This document shows, one piece after another, positions 34,668 through 45,779 of a stretch of DNA of 64,000 nucleotides (within the stretch, counting starts at the first letter, position 1; every line of letters begins with the position of its first letter). Source of the stretch: Thermoanaerobaculia bacterium (lineage in GTDB: Bacteria > Acidobacteriota > Thermoanaerobaculia > Multivoradales > JAGPDF01). The stretch is from positions 51,852-115,851 of the forward strand of contig CAVQJN010000002.1 in assembly GCA_963712855.1 (NCBI GenBank). The letters run 5' to 3'. The notes beneath the pieces were generated by a model that saw nothing but the letters and a program-made list of their open reading frames with translations, searched no databases and was not told where the DNA came from. The translations under genes were made by a program, and so were the position numbers.

Positions 34668-36015
34668 AGCGGGAAAGGTCCTGGTTCTCGACCAACTCGG
34701 AGAGGGTTCGGTCGACGAAATCGGCGTCGATCACGAGATCGACGCCCTCCATCTCCGAAGCATTGAACGAGACTTCCTCGAGCAGACGCTCGAGCAGGGT
34801 GGCGAGGCGCCGCGCGCCGATGTTCTCGGTGGCGCGGTTGACCTCGGCGGCGAGTCGCGCCAGCTCGGCGACGGCATCCGGACGGAATTCGACGTGGAGC
34901 CCTTCGGTGCCGAGGAGCGCGGAGTACTGCTTGGTGAGCGCGTTTTCGGGCTCGGTCAGAATGCGGACGAAGTCGTCCTCGGTGAGCGCCTCGAGCTCGA
35001 CCCGGATGGGGAAGCGCCCCTGCATCTCCGGAATGAGATCGGCGGGCTTGGCGACGTGGAATGCGCCGGCCGCCACGAACAAGACGTGGTCGGTGCGCAC
35101 CGGCCCGTACTTCGTCGCCACCGTGGTCCCCTCGACGATCGGCAGGAGGTCGCGCTGCACGCCTTCGCGAGAAACGTCCGGCCCCTGACCGCGTTCGCGT
35201 CCGGCGATCTTGTCGATCTCGTCGAGGAAGACGAGGCCGGTCTCTTCGACCCGCCGGCGGGCTTCGCGCGCCACCTGCTGGCGGTCGATCAGCTTCTCGG
35301 CCTCTTCGGCTTCCAGCACGACGCGCGCGTCGGCGACGCTCATCTTCTCCTTGCGGCGGCGCGAGAACAGGCCCGGCATCATGTCCTTCAGGTTGAGGCC
35401 GACTTCTTCGACGCCCTGCGGCGTGAACATCTCGAGGCTCGGCGCCGCCGACTCCTCGATCTCGATCTCGACCTCACGGCTGTCGAGGGTGCCGGCACGC
35501 AGGCGCTCGCGCATCTTGGTGCGAGTCTCGGCGAGGTCCTCGACGGGTGGCGTCGCGGTATAGCCGGCAGGCTGGGGGAGCAGAATCGAGAGCAGCCGCT
35601 CCTCGGCGCGCTGGCGAGCCGGCGCGGCGACCTCGTGGCGCATCTCCTCGCGGACCAGCGCCACCGCGATCTCGGTCAGATCGCGGATCATCGACTCGCA
35701 GTCGCGGCCCATGTAGCCGACCTCGGTGAACTTGGATGCCTCCACCTTGAGAAAAGGCGCCCGGGCGAGCCGCGCCAAGCGGCGCGCCAGCTCGGTCTTG
35801 CCCACCCCGGTAGGCCCGATCATCAGAATGTTCTTGGGCATCACCTCTTCAGCGAGATCGGGTGGCAGGCGTTGGCGCCGCCAGCGGTTGCGCAGCGCGA
35901 TCGCGAGGGCGCGTTTGGCGGCGGGTTGCCCGATCACGTAGCGGTCGAGCTCGGCCACGATCTGGCGCGGCGTCAGGTCCTCGAGCGCCTCCGGCTGGCG
36001 GGCCGCCGGCATCAC
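34657..36015 (-). CDS. hslU: HslU (ClpY) ATPase
   Basis: [66 protein letters not shown]. Confidence 0.97.
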   Translation of the reverse strand: MMPAARQPEALEDLTPRQIVAELDRYVIGQPAAKRALAIALRNRWRRQRLPPDLAEEVMPKNILMIGPTGVGKTELARRLARLARAPFLKVEASKFTEVGYMGRDCESMIRDLTEIAVALVREEMRHEVAAPARQRAEERLLSILLPQPAGYTATPPVEDLAETRTKMRERLRAGTLDSREVEIEIEESAAPSLEMFTPQGVEEVGLNLKDMMPGLFSRRRKEKMSVADARVVLEAEEAEKLIDRQQVAREARRRVEETGLVFLDEIDKIAGRERGQGPDVSREGVQRDLLPIVEGTTVATKYGPVRTDHVLFVAAGAFHVAKPADLIPEMQGRFPIRVELEALTEDDFVRILTEPENALTKQYSALLGTEGLHVEFRPDAVAELARLAAEVNRATENIGARRLATLLERLLEEVSFNASEMEGVDLVIDADFVDRTLSELVENQDLSRYVL

Positions 36016-36019
36016 GGCG

Positions 36020-36556
36020 TCAGAGCTCCTCGACCGTGAGCCGGTCGTTCGTATAGATGCAGAGCTCCGCGGCGATTTTCATCGATTGGACGGCGATCTC
36101 GCGGGCGCCGAGCGAGGTGTGGCGCAGCAGCGCGCGCGCCGCGGCGAGCGCGAAGTTGCCGCCCGAACCGATGGCCAGCACGCCGTCGTCATCGGGCTGT
36201 AGCAGGTCGCCCTGGCCGGAGACCAGGAAGCTGCGCTCCCGGTCGGCGGTGAGCACGACGGCGTCGAGCTGACGCATCGCGCGATCGGTGCGCCAGTCTT
36301 TGGCCAACTCCACGACGGCGCGCTCGAGATTCTGGTTGGCTTCCTCGAGCTTGGTTTCGAGGCGGGTGAAGAGAGCCAGGCCGTCGGCCGCTCCACCGGC
36401 GAAGCCGACCAGAATGCGGCCCTTGCCGGCGCGCCGGACCTTGGCCGCGCCCTGCTTGACGACCGCGTTGCCGAGCGTGACCTGTCCGTCCGAGACCATG
36501 ACGACGGCGCCGTCGCGGCGCACGAGAAGCACCGTCGTGGCGTGGAAGTTCGACAT
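36020..36556 (-). CDS. hslV: HslV (ClpQ) protease
   Basis: [36 protein letters not shown]. Confidence 0.97.
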   Translation of the reverse strand: MSNFHATTVLLVRRDGAVVMVSDGQVTLGNAVVKQGAAKVRRAGKGRILVGFAGGAADGLALFTRLETKLEEANQNLERAVVELAKDWRTDRAMRQLDAVVLTADRERSFLVSGQGDLLQPDDDGVLAIGSGGNFALAAARALLRHTSLGAREIAVQSMKIAAELCIYTNDRLTVEEL

Positions 36557-36604
36557 CGGGCGGATCCTATCAACGGCCCTCGCGCCGCGGCCGGACCGAG
36601 GTGC

Positions 36605-38185
36605 TCAGGCTTCGCCGTCGTCGAGCGCGAGGAGCGCCGTCCCGGCGAGGGGCAGGAAGAGCCGAAAGATCGTCCCCCGGTCGACCTCCGAATCGACCGC
36701 CAGGCCGCCGCGGTGACGGCGCACGATGCCGACCACGGAGGCGAGTCCCAAGCCACGACCCTGCGGTTTGGTGGTGAAAAACGGCTCCCAGAGCCGGTTG
36801 CGGGTCGCTTCGTTCATGCCGGGGCCGTCGTCCTCGATCTCCAGGAGGACGACCGGGCCGGGCGTGACGTGCTCTCTCAGGTCGAGCGCCGTGGCGAACG
36901 TCTCGTCGAGCCCGAGCGGGCGCGCCCGCACGCAGATGGTGCCGCCGTGCGCGGCGAGCGCGTCGCGCGCGTTGGCGACCAGGTTCAAGACGACTTGGCG
37001 TAGTTGACCCTCGTCCCCGGCGACCGCCGGCAGCGGGCCCGCGATCTCCGTGCGAAGTGAGATCTCCTTCGGCAGCACCGGCTCGAGAAGGCCCGCGACC
37101 TCGACGATGAGCTCGTCGAGCGCCACCGCGCGAGGCTGAAAATGACCCCGTCCCGACACCACCAGGAGCTGATCGACGAGTTGGGCGGCGCGCTCCGCGG
37201 CGGTCTGCACCGTCTCGACCTGGGAGCGCAGCGGGGAGTCCGGCGCCAGCTTGCGCAGCAAGAGCTCGGCGTGACCGAGGATCGGGGTCAACAGGTTGCC
37301 GAAGTCGTGCGCCATGCCGCCGGCCAGCAGGCCGATCGATTCCAGCCGCTCACCGCGCCGCAGCGCCTCTTCGCTGCGCCGCTGATCGGTGACGTCGAGG
37401 GATACGCCGAGGATCTGACGGACACGCCCGTCCTCGTCGCATAGAAACGGCGTGTTGAGGCTATGGAACCAGCGCCACTCGCCGCTGCGCGCCCGCAGCC
37501 GGAAGTCGACCGTGTCGACGGCTCCTTCGGCGACCCCGCTCCAGCGGTGGTCGCGCTCGAGCGCCGGTGAGTAGTCGTCGGGATGGCAGAGCTTGTCGAA
37601 CGGGTAGGGCGCCAGCGCGCGCGCTTCCTCCGTCGAGTAGCCGAGCGCGAGCGGCACCGAGCGATTGATGTAGATGTCGTGGCCGATCTCGTAGTCGTAG
37701 ACGAAGATGAAGTACGGGGAGAGCTCGGCGATGCGATGGAGCATGCGGGCGAGCTCGGCCGCCGCGCGGCGCTCGTCCTCGCGCTCGGTGACCTCGACCA
37801 GGAAAGCGAGCACGGCGGGGCGCCCTTGCCAGGAGCTCGGCATGGAGTGCGCCTCGACCCAGCGCGTCGCGCCCGTGGCGTCGACGAGGCGGAAGGTGTG
37901 ACGGCGCTCCTCTGTGTCCCCGGCCAACCGGCGTTCGTAGCGGTCGATGAGGGCCGCCCGATCGTCCGGATGCACGAGCTCGAAGAAGGCCAGGGAGAGA
38001 AGGTCCGAGCGGGATCGCGCGGTGAGCGCTTCCGCGGCGCGGTTGACCAGTTTGAAACGGCCGTCTTGGGCCAGGACGATGGCTTCCGGCGCACTCTCGA
38101 AAGCGCGCCGGTACTGCGTTTCCGCGCCACCGTCGGCGCCCAAGTCCCCGGCCACGCGAGCCGGCGGTGCCGGATCCCGACCCAT
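36605..38185 (-). CDS. Cytoplasmic PAS-PAS sensor histidine kinase (no receiver domain)
   Basis: Two PAS/PAC units (VHPDD, CHPDD). H-box GGMAHDFGNLL, N-box NLVANARDA, DDGPGM, FFTTK, GRGLGL. GGAGG before ATG 38185. Confidence 0.92.
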   Translation of the reverse strand: MGRDPAPPARVAGDLGADGGAETQYRRAFESAPEAIVLAQDGRFKLVNRAAEALTARSRSDLLSLAFFELVHPDDRAALIDRYERRLAGDTEERRHTFRLVDATGATRWVEAHSMPSSWQGRPAVLAFLVEVTEREDERRAAAELARMLHRIAELSPYFIFVYDYEIGHDIYINRSVPLALGYSTEEARALAPYPFDKLCHPDDYSPALERDHRWSGVAEGAVDTVDFRLRARSGEWRWFHSLNTPFLCDEDGRVRQILGVSLDVTDQRRSEEALRRGERLESIGLLAGGMAHDFGNLLTPILGHAELLLRKLAPDSPLRSQVETVQTAAERAAQLVDQLLVVSGRGHFQPRAVALDELIVEVAGLLEPVLPKEISLRTEIAGPLPAVAGDEGQLRQVVLNLVANARDALAAHGGTICVRARPLGLDETFATALDLREHVTPGPVVLLEIEDDGPGMNEATRNRLWEPFFTTKPQGRGLGLASVVGIVRRHRGGLAVDSEVDRGTIFRLFLPLAGTALLALDDGEA

Positions 38186-38225
38186 GCGGTCCTCCTTCCA
38201 GGGAGCAGCCGGCAGGTTAGCAGGC

Positions 38226-39119
38226 TCAGGTTTTGGAAGCGAGAGTTCCCGCCTCACCGAGGCGTCGTTGGAGCGCTCTCACGAGGCGTTCGAGGCCAGC
38301 CGGTGCATCGCGCAGGAAGAGGGTCGGCTCGGCGAGCTCGAGCTCCAGCAAGATCGGGCTCCCGTCGGCGTCTCGCACCAGATCGACCCGAGCGTAGAGC
38401 AGATCGCGCGGCCCCGCCGCGGCGAGGACGCGGCGAGCCGCCTCCAGCTCGTCGTCCACGGCCTGGACGGGAGTCCCCTCGGGCAAACCGGCCCAGCGGC
38501 CACCGAGCGTGAGCGCGTTTTTGCGGATCGCATGCGAAAACTCGCCGTCGAGGAAGACGAGGCAGCGCTCACCGTAGTTCTCGACGCTTTTCAGAAAGGG
38601 CTGCACGAGGAGGTCGCGCTCGGCCAGCAGTCGATCGACGACCGGCTGGGCCGCGGCGAGATCGGCCCGCGCGACGCGATGCGTCTCCCACGAGTCCGCT
38701 GACACCGCGGGCTTGATCACCAGGTCGAGCCATCCGCGCTCGGCCGCCAGGGTCCCGAGATCGACCCGACTGCCGTGCCGCAGCAGCGCGGTCCCGACGA
38801 CCGGTGCCCCGCGCGCGGCGAGCTCCAGCAGGTAGCCTTTGTGGAGATTCCAACGCAGCGCGGCCAAGGGGTTGAGCAGTCGAGTCGTGGCCGCGACCCG
38901 TTCGGCCCAGGCGATGAACTCCGGATAGCGCAGGTGGTAGTCCCAAGGATTGCGCAGCAGGACGATACGCGCCGCGGCCCAGTCGAAGCCGGGCGCGTCC
39001 CAAGCCGCGATCGCGACGTTCAGGCCCCGCTCGCGCAGGGCCTCCGCCAGCGGCCGGTCGTCGGGGTCGAGATCGGGAAGACCGGCGTGGGTGACGAGGA
39101 CGATGTCGAAAGCGCTCAC
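38226..39119 (-). CDS. RimK/glutathione-synthetase-like ATP-grasp ligase
   Basis: LRNPWDY, WNLHKGYL, VIKPAVSA, LVQPFL, YARVD, ELELAEP. Confidence 0.82.
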   Translation of the reverse strand: MSAFDIVLVTHAGLPDLDPDDRPLAEALRERGLNVAIAAWDAPGFDWAAARIVLLRNPWDYHLRYPEFIAWAERVAATTRLLNPLAALRWNLHKGYLLELAARGAPVVGTALLRHGSRVDLGTLAAERGWLDLVIKPAVSADSWETHRVARADLAAAQPVVDRLLAERDLLVQPFLKSVENYGERCLVFLDGEFSHAIRKNALTLGGRWAGLPEGTPVQAVDDELEAARRVLAAAGPRDLLYARVDLVRDADGSPILLELELAEPTLFLRDAPAGLERLVRALQRRLGEAGTLASKT

Positions 39120-40717
39120 GGGGCTCCCTTCTGCGGAGCGTCACGCTCGAGCAACAGGATCGTCGGCGCGATCTTGTCGAGATTGGTCCGCGCCCCCGAG
39201 AGGTCCAGCCACCGGTAGCGGTGCCCCTCGAATCGCCGGAGGACATGGTAGCCGGCGCGGCCCGCCGCGATGCGTTCCACGAGGTCGCGCTGGACCTCGG
39301 TCGGAGGGCGGGAGAGGCTCAGGGAGACGAGGAGACGTCCCCACGAAGGGGGATTGGGCCGAAAGAGGCGAGTGCCCGCCCAGGTCGGACGTGCGCTCCC
39401 GAACGGCGCGAGATGATCCTCGTTCGCGAGCGCCAGCACGGCGGATGGAGTGATGCCGCGTTCGGCGACCCACTGGGCGACCCGATCCCGGGAATCTCCG
39501 AGCAGCGCGAGATCGACTTCCACGGCTCGCGCCCCACTCCAGACCAGCACCGAGATGGCCAACGCCGCGGGGAGCCACTTCGGGGACGGCCGTCGGCGCC
39601 ACAAGGCCTCCCAACCCTCTCCGGCGAGCAGGGCGACCGAGACGAAGGTCGGCAAGAGGAATCGGTCGTAGTTCCATCCCACGAACAGCCAGATCGTGAC
39701 GACATAGGTCAGATTCGCGACCAGGTGGGGAAGATGCGGTCGACGTCGAACCCGCCGCCGCGCCAGGACGACGAGTCCGATCAGCGCGAGCGCCATAGCG
39801 GGCAGACCCGCGACGAAGAAGAGGTTGCGGGACACCTGCGCGAGCTCGGCCGACTTGCCCGCGAGCGTGGAGCTGAATTCGACCCACTCCGGATGATGGC
39901 TCGGCGGCCGATGGCTGGGGAAGAGGTAGGAAAGGAAGAAGAGCGGTCGCCGCAAGGCTTCGGTGTGCCAGGGAAAGACGTAGAAGACGACGAGCGCGGC
40001 GAGGCCGACGAGCCAGGCCGTCCAGAGGCGGGAGAGAATCGCGTGCCGCCAGCGCTGGCGCGCCGTCAGCTCGGGCGGCAGTTGGTGGCGGAGCCGGAGA
40101 GCGGCCAGAAAAGGTATCGCGGCGAAGAGCGGAACCGCTTCCTCCTTGATCACCGACGCGGCCGCGGCGAGCACCGCGAACGCGCACCAGTGCGCCAGCG
40201 TCGGACGCTCGAGAGCGCGGTCGAGCAGCAAGAAGCTGCCGACGACGGCGCAGAGCAGCAGGGAATCGACGTTGGCCGTCTTGGCGTAGTAGACGACCAC
40301 CGGGCTCGCGGCCCAGAGCGCTCCCGCCAACCAGGCGCCGCTCGCCAGACCAAGCCGGCGGCCGAGCAGGACCAGCAGCCCGACGGTGAGCAGGGCCGCG
40401 AGAAGGCTCTCCCCGCGTGCGATGAGGGCCAACCGGCGGGCATCGACCGCGTCGAGCGGCTGGTTCTCGAGGTGGATCCAGGGTGCCGCCGGCCAGGCCA
40501 GGAGGTTGTAGGCGAGTGGCGCGTAGCGTTGCGACCAGGCCGTGGAAAGGGGATGGGCCAGGACGTTGTTCAGCGGCGCGGGAGTGAGCTCGTCGGGCGC
40601 CAGGCTCCGCATGCCCCGCAGGCCCCAGTCGAGCGGAACGGCGAACAGGATCAACGTGCAGATGCCGAGCAGGAGAGCAAGGCTGCTGGAACGGAGCCGT
40701 GAACCGGGCGAACGCAT
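39116..40717 (-). CDS. GT-C fold membrane glycosyltransferase (ArnT/PMT, GT39/83-like)
   Basis: Multi-TM protein; PDE motif after the first TM helix; YYAKTANVD; DRFLLP; soluble C-terminal domain. Start uncertain (40717 or 40756). Confidence 0.72.
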   Translation of the reverse strand: MRSPGSRLRSSSLALLLGICTLILFAVPLDWGLRGMRSLAPDELTPAPLNNVLAHPLSTAWSQRYAPLAYNLLAWPAAPWIHLENQPLDAVDARRLALIARGESLLAALLTVGLLVLLGRRLGLASGAWLAGALWAASPVVVYYAKTANVDSLLLCAVVGSFLLLDRALERPTLAHWCAFAVLAAAASVIKEEAVPLFAAIPFLAALRLRHQLPPELTARQRWRHAILSRLWTAWLVGLAALVVFYVFPWHTEALRRPLFFLSYLFPSHRPPSHHPEWVEFSSTLAGKSAELAQVSRNLFFVAGLPAMALALIGLVVLARRRVRRRPHLPHLVANLTYVVTIWLFVGWNYDRFLLPTFVSVALLAGEGWEALWRRRPSPKWLPAALAISVLVWSGARAVEVDLALLGDSRDRVAQWVAERGITPSAVLALANEDHLAPFGSARPTWAGTRLFRPNPPSWGRLLVSLSLSRPPTEVQRDLVERIAAGRAGYHVLRRFEGHRYRWLDLSGARTNLDKIAPTILLLERDAPQKGAP

Positions 40718-40727
40718 CGGCGAGAGA

Positions 40728-41642
40728 TCAGCCCCCACGAGCGCGCGGGTGGGCATCCCGGTAGACGGTCAGAAGGCGGTCGATGTCGACGTGGGTGTAA
40801 CGCTGAGTGGTGGCGAGCGAGCTGTGACCGAGCAGTTCCTGGATGGCGCGCAAGTCGGCGCCCCGTTCGAGCAGATGGGTGGCGAAGCTGTGGCGCAGCG
40901 TGTGTGGATGCACACCCTGGGCGAGGGCTGCTGCGGCGACCCAACGGTCGAGGATGCGGCGCACCGAACGGTCGGTCAGCCGGCCACCGCGCCGGTTGCG
41001 GAAAACTGCGAGCGCTGCGGCGTCCTGGCGCGGCGGCAAACCGCGCCACGCGGCGCGCCAGTCGAGGAGGGCGATCCGCGCCGGCTGGCCGAACGGAACC
41101 ATGCGCTCCTTGCCGCCCTTGCCGACCACCCTCAGAACGCGCTCCTCGAGGTCGAGGTCGTCCCAATCGAGCCCCACCAGCTCGGAAACCCGCAGGCCAG
41201 TCGCGTAGAGGAGCTCGAGGATCGCGCGATCGCGGCGGGCGGTGAAGTCGTCTCCCGTGGGCGCCTCGATCAACGTCTCGACCTCGCCCGGGCGCAGGTG
41301 CCGAGGCAGCGTTTTGGGCGCCTTGGGTGTGCGCAGTCGGGCTGCCGGATCGGCGGCGAGCTCCCCGACCCGGCACGACCATCGGAAGAAGGCGCGCAGC
41401 GCCGCGACGGCCCGTCCCTGGGTTCGGCGGCCGACCCCGCGGCCGGCGAGCGCGGCGAGGAAGGACCGCAGGGCCACCGCGTCGACCTCCTCGGCACGCA
41501 GCTCCGTCGATGGCCGGTCGAGGTATTCGGCGAAGAAGACGAGGAAGCCCTCGAGGTCGCTCCGGTAGGCGCGCAGGGTGTGGGGCGAGAGCGCGCGCTC
41601 GTGCGCCAGGTAGTCGAGAAAGCGCTCGATCAGATCCCGCAT
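40728..41642 (-). CDS. xerC: Tyrosine recombinase XerC
   Basis: [51 protein letters not shown]; context next to trmFO and hslVU. Confidence 0.93.
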   Translation of the reverse strand: MRDLIERFLDYLAHERALSPHTLRAYRSDLEGFLVFFAEYLDRPSTELRAEEVDAVALRSFLAALAGRGVGRRTQGRAVAALRAFFRWSCRVGELAADPAARLRTPKAPKTLPRHLRPGEVETLIEAPTGDDFTARRDRAILELLYATGLRVSELVGLDWDDLDLEERVLRVVGKGGKERMVPFGQPARIALLDWRAAWRGLPPRQDAAALAVFRNRRGGRLTDRSVRRILDRWVAAAALAQGVHPHTLRHSFATHLLERGADLRAIQELLGHSSLATTQRYTHVDIDRLLTVYRDAHPRARGG

Positions 41643-42940
41643 CGCCCTCTCCACGCCGCGAGATCCGCGAGAGCGCGAGCCGCGTAGGCTGCGCGGCGTT
41701 GCCGTTTGGGCGGCTCGGGGTCGAGCGGCACGAACAGACCGTAGTTGACATTGGCCGGCTGAAAGCGATCCGCATCGGAGGCCGTGAGATGGCGCGCCAG
41801 GGCGCCGAGCGCGGTGGTCGGCGGCGCCGGCTCCACCCGGCCGTCGCGGCGCTCGAGCAGCAGGTAGAGCGCCGCCGCCAGACCGGTGGCGGCCGACTCG
41901 AGATAGCCCTCCACGCCGGTGATCTGTCCGGCCAGGCGGACGCGCGGCTCGGCGCGCAGGCGATAGCTCGCGTCGAGGCAGCGCGGTGAGTTGACGAATG
42001 TGTTGCGGTGCACCTGGCCGAGCCGGGTGAACTCGGCCGTGGCGAAGCCGGGGATCATCCGGAACACTCGCTTCTGCTCCGGCCACTTCATGCGCGACTG
42101 GAATCCGACCAGGTTGTAGCACTCGCTGGCCAGGCTCTCGTGTCGTAGCTGCACGACCGCCCAGGGACGCTTACCGTCGGGCGCGGTGAGGCCCACCGGT
42201 TTCATCGGACCGAAGCGCAGGGTGTCGACGCCGCGACGGGCCATTTCTTCGATCGGCAGGCAGCCCTCGAAGAAGAGATTCTGCTCGAAATCGTGCAGCG
42301 GCGTGACCTCGGCCTCGACGATCGCGCGATGAAAGGCGGCGTAGGCTTCCCGATCCATCGGCGCGTTGAGGTAGTCGTCGCCACCCCCTTTGCCGTAGCG
42401 TGACGCCGCGAAGAGTTGAGATCGATCGAGCGTCTCGCCGTCGACGATCGGAGCGATCGAGTCGTAGAAATAGAGATGCTCGCCGCCGCAGAGGCGGGCG
42501 AGGAGAGCGGAGAGCGCGGGCGAGGTGAGCGGACCGGTCGCCAGAACCACGTCCCCGGCTTCGGGCAGCTCGGTGACCTCTTCGCGCCGCACCTCGACGT
42601 CCGGAAGCGCGGCGAGGCGCGCCGTGATCGCTTCGGCGAAGCGGTCGCGATCGACCGCCAGCGCACCGCCCGCGGGCACCGCGTGCTCCCGTGCCGTCGC
42701 GATGACGAGAGAGCCGAGGGCTTCCATCTCCCGCTTGAGCAGGCCGGCGGCGTGCTCCGGGTCGTCGCTACGCAGGGAGTTCGAGCAGACCAACTCGGCG
42801 AACCGGCCGGTCGAATGGGCCGGCGTCGAGCGCTCGGGGCGCATCTCGTGAAGCACCACGGGAAGACCCCGCGTCGCGAGCTGAAAGGCGCACTCGCTGC
42901 CGGCCAAGCCGGCGCCGACGACGTGCACGGGCGGGGTCAC
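41630..42940 (-). CDS. trmFO: tRNA m5U54 methyltransferase TrmFO (Gid)
   Basis: [56 protein letters not shown] start at 42940. Confidence 0.96.
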   Translation of the reverse strand: MTPPVHVVGAGLAGSECAFQLATRGLPVVLHEMRPERSTPAHSTGRFAELVCSNSLRSDDPEHAAGLLKREMEALGSLVIATAREHAVPAGGALAVDRDRFAEAITARLAALPDVEVRREEVTELPEAGDVVLATGPLTSPALSALLARLCGGEHLYFYDSIAPIVDGETLDRSQLFAASRYGKGGGDDYLNAPMDREAYAAFHRAIVEAEVTPLHDFEQNLFFEGCLPIEEMARRGVDTLRFGPMKPVGLTAPDGKRPWAVVQLRHESLASECYNLVGFQSRMKWPEQKRVFRMIPGFATAEFTRLGQVHRNTFVNSPRCLDASYRLRAEPRVRLAGQITGVEGYLESAATGLAAALYLLLERRDGRVEPAPPTTALGALARHLTASDADRFQPANVNYGLFVPLDPEPPKRQRRAAYAARALADLAAWRGRCGI

Positions 42941-42999
42941 GCGAGAATTCTCCCATGGTCGAGCCGCGCGGGAGCGGGCGGCGACCGGCCGACGGATCG

Positions 43000-45276
43000 T
43001 CAGCCGCGCTGGGTGCGTGCCGCGATCGCCTGCAAGGTCCGCAGCTGACGGATCCGTCCGACGAACGCGAGGAGGCCCCCGATCAAGGCGACGTAGACGC
43101 CGCCCCAGACGAGCTGCACGAGGGGCTTGCGGGTCACGTCGAGCGACAGCCTCGCGGGCGTGCCGCCGCTCGCCGCCGCGGCGCCGATGCCGCCGAAGAT
43201 CAGGCGCACCGTGCCGGCGCTGGCGTTGATCCCGGCGAGCGCGATCTGGCCGCCGCCCGGCAGCTCCGAGGGTGGGAACTCGGCGTCGCCGCCCGGCGTG
43301 AAGCGATAGACCGGTTCGATGCGTTCCGTCTTGCCGTCGCGCGTGACGTCGATCTGGGCGGCGATGGTCACCAGCTTGCCGGCCGCCATGTTGGCCAGTG
43401 CGTTGCCGTTCTTCTCGAGATCGAAGCCCGCGAAATGAACCTGGAGGTCGCCGATCTCCCCCTGCTCCCCCTTGCGGAGCTCCAGCTGCGAGAACTGGGC
43501 GGCCGGCTGGCCCGGGTCGTACTCGAGCGGCGAGACGTAGAGGTCGGAAGTGAGCGCGGTCTGGATGTCCGGGTTCACCATCAGCTGCCGGGTGCGCTGG
43601 TTGACGAAGATCTTCGGATAAGCCATCCAGGTGCGTCCGCCCGGTTCGACGACCGCCACCTCGGCGCGCTCCTTGGTCTCGCCGGAGCGGGGCAGGAAGC
43701 GCGTGAAGGTCATCTTCAGATCGCCGACCTTGACCTGCTTGCCCTGGATGAGGGTGAGCTTGACGCTCTGATCGTAGGCCGAAGAGGCGAGCACGCCGAT
43801 GAAGAGAATGGAGATCCCGACATGCGCGAGGTAGCCGCCCCCCGACGTCCAGCCGCCTGCCCGCGTCTTGAGCACGAACTTCTGCAGATTGTTGGTGAGC
43901 GCCGTGACCGCGAGGCCGATGAAGACCAGGTGCATCGGATTGCGCACCTGCAGCACGACGGCCGCCAGGATGGCGCCGAGTCCGAGCAGCGCTCCGGGAG
44001 CGATCTTGCGCAGCAGCTCCTTGGGCGCCGTCTCCCCCTTCCAGGTCAGGAAGGGCACCAGGGAGAGGAGGAACGCGACCAGGATCGCGAGCGGGAAGTT
44101 GACGCGGTTGTAGAACGAAGGTCCGACCTGCGAAGGCTGCGCCCCGAAGCGGGTGAGCAGCGGCGCCGAGGTCCCGATCGTCACCGCGAAGGCGCAGATC
44201 AGGATCGTCGTCGCGGCGAGGGTCAGGAAGGTCCCGCGCGAGAGCGGCGGATCCTCGTTCGGCTTGGTCTCGACCGAACGCAACCGGGTCGCGAGCAGCC
44301 AGACCGCGAGGGCGATGAAGACGGCCATCAGCGCGATCAGCCAGCCCGAGATGCCGAGATCGACGAAGCTGTGCACGGAGAAGTCGGCGAGGACGCCGGA
44401 GCGGGTCAGGAAGGTGCCGTAGAGAACCGAGATGAAGACCAACGACGCCAGCACCAGATTGACCCGCCGGAAGCGCCCGCGGGTGCGCTCGAAATAGAGC
44501 CCGTGCACCAGCGCGGTGCCGAAGAGCCAGGGGATGAGCGAGGCATTCTCGACGGGATCCCAGCCCCAGTAACCGCCCCAGCCGAGCGTCTTGTAGGCCC
44601 AATAGCCGCCCAGCAAGATTGCGCAGCCGAGCACCAGGAAGCCCGCCAGCGCCCACGGGAAAGCACGCGCGGCCCACTCGGAAGTATCCCGGTTGAGCAA
44701 GGCCGACATCGCGAACGCGAAGGGCACCGCCGCGAGTGCGTAGCCGATGAACATGATCGGCGGATGGATCACCATCCAGTTGTCCTGCAGCAGCGGATTC
44801 AGGCCCTGGCCGTCGATCGGCGTCCGGTTGAGCATCAGGAAGGGGCTCTCGCGCACCAGGATGAACAGAATGCCGAGTTGGACCAGCGTGAAGATGCCCA
44901 TCACCGACGCTTCCTGCTTGCCGGCGGCCTTGATCAGCGGGACGCCGAGCAGCGACCCCCAGAGCAGCCAGAGCAGGAAGCTCCCCTTCTGGCCCGCCCA
45001 GAAGGCACCGAGTTGGAACCGGACGGGAAGGTCGAGCCCGGAGTACTGGTAGACGTAGTCGATCCTGAAGTCACGCCGCGCCAAGAGGATGAGCATCACG
45101 ACCGCGCAGAGCGCGATCGAGAGCGCGAACATGCGGTAGGCGCGCCGCGCGAAGGCACGCGCCGACTCGTCGCCGCGCGCCAGATCGACGTAGCCCCAGA
45201 GCGCCGCCAGCGCGAACGCCACCGCGCACCAGAGCGTTGCCGCTCCGGGCAGGTAGAGATTCGCGAAAGCGCTCAT
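43000..45276 (-). CDS. ccmF: Cytochrome c biogenesis heme lyase CcmF
   Basis: FWAGQKGS, GLNPLLQ, IHPP, WWD motif WAY..LGWGGYWGWDPVEN, TRSG...SVHSF, YLAHVG. Confidence 0.95.
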   Translation of the reverse strand: MSAFANLYLPGAATLWCAVAFALAALWGYVDLARGDESARAFARRAYRMFALSIALCAVVMLILLARRDFRIDYVYQYSGLDLPVRFQLGAFWAGQKGSFLLWLLWGSLLGVPLIKAAGKQEASVMGIFTLVQLGILFILVRESPFLMLNRTPIDGQGLNPLLQDNWMVIHPPIMFIGYALAAVPFAFAMSALLNRDTSEWAARAFPWALAGFLVLGCAILLGGYWAYKTLGWGGYWGWDPVENASLIPWLFGTALVHGLYFERTRGRFRRVNLVLASLVFISVLYGTFLTRSGVLADFSVHSFVDLGISGWLIALMAVFIALAVWLLATRLRSVETKPNEDPPLSRGTFLTLAATTILICAFAVTIGTSAPLLTRFGAQPSQVGPSFYNRVNFPLAILVAFLLSLVPFLTWKGETAPKELLRKIAPGALLGLGAILAAVVLQVRNPMHLVFIGLAVTALTNNLQKFVLKTRAGGWTSGGGYLAHVGISILFIGVLASSAYDQSVKLTLIQGKQVKVGDLKMTFTRFLPRSGETKERAEVAVVEPGGRTWMAYPKIFVNQRTRQLMVNPDIQTALTSDLYVSPLEYDPGQPAAQFSQLELRKGEQGEIGDLQVHFAGFDLEKNGNALANMAAGKLVTIAAQIDVTRDGKTERIEPVYRFTPGGDAEFPPSELPGGGQIALAGINASAGTVRLIFGGIGAAAASGGTPARLSLDVTRKPLVQLVWGGVYVALIGGLLAFVGRIRQLRTLQAIAARTQRG

Positions 45277-45671
45277 GAGCCGTAGCTCTTCACTTCTGCG
45301 CCCTGGTACTTCGACGGGCACTTGACCAGCAGCTTCTGCGCCTGGAACTCCTTGCTGCCGGCGTCCCAGCTACCGATCGCCACGATCGAGATCGCGTCCT
45401 GGAAGTTGGCCGGCCGGAGTCCGTGGTAGGCGACCGGCAGCGAGGCGCCCGATTTGGGATCGAGGAGCGCGAAGTGGAGCGACATCGCGGTCTCGTCGTA
45501 GCGCGTGCTCGGTTTGTCCAGCGCCCCCGCGACCTGGACGACCTGGTTCGCTTGGCGCGCCGCGTCGAACGACACGTAAGGCGTCAGGTTGCTGCGGAAG
45601 GTGGTGAAGGCGAAGCCGGCGAAGCCGGCCAGCAAGGCGATTCCGACGACGGTCCAAGCGCGACGACTCAT
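45273..45671 (-). CDS. ccmE: Heme chaperone CcmE, Cys-type (CxxxY)
   Basis: N-terminal TM helix, OB-fold segment and LLVKCPSKY. Confidence 0.92.
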   Translation of the reverse strand: MSRRAWTVVGIALLAGFAGFAFTTFRSNLTPYVSFDAARQANQVVQVAGALDKPSTRYDETAMSLHFALLDPKSGASLPVAYHGLRPANFQDAISIVAIGSWDAGSKEFQAQKLLVKCPSKYQGAEVKSYGS

Positions 45672-45778
45672 TTTTCTCGCTCCAGTTCTCGGAGTCTCCG
45701 GTCCAGCCGGAAGACCCATAGGAAAAGGCCGGTCCAGATGACGAGGTTGACTCCAGTGACCCACCAAGGACCGCCCAT
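45668..45778 (-). CDS. ccmD: CcmD small membrane protein (36 aa; not in the ORF track)
   Basis: Translated by hand: MGGPWWVTGVNLVIWTGLFLWVFRLDRRLRELEREK*. TM helix plus charged tail. Sits between ccmC and ccmE, and its stop overlaps the ccmE ATG. Confidence 0.85.
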   Translation of the reverse strand: MGGPWWVTGVNLVIWTGLFLWVFRLDRRLRELEREK

Positions 45779-45779
45779 C

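Noticed and set aside
40728-41642. Tyrosine recombinase as a phage or island integrase
   Set aside because: Its size, motifs and trmFO/hslVU context fit housekeeping XerC. I saw no att repeats, tRNA or mobile genes.
41630-44677. 1015-aa ORF suggesting a large N-terminal extension on TrmFO
   Set aside because: The extension is an off-frame read of ccmF. TrmFO starts at GTG 42940 behind its own -10 box.
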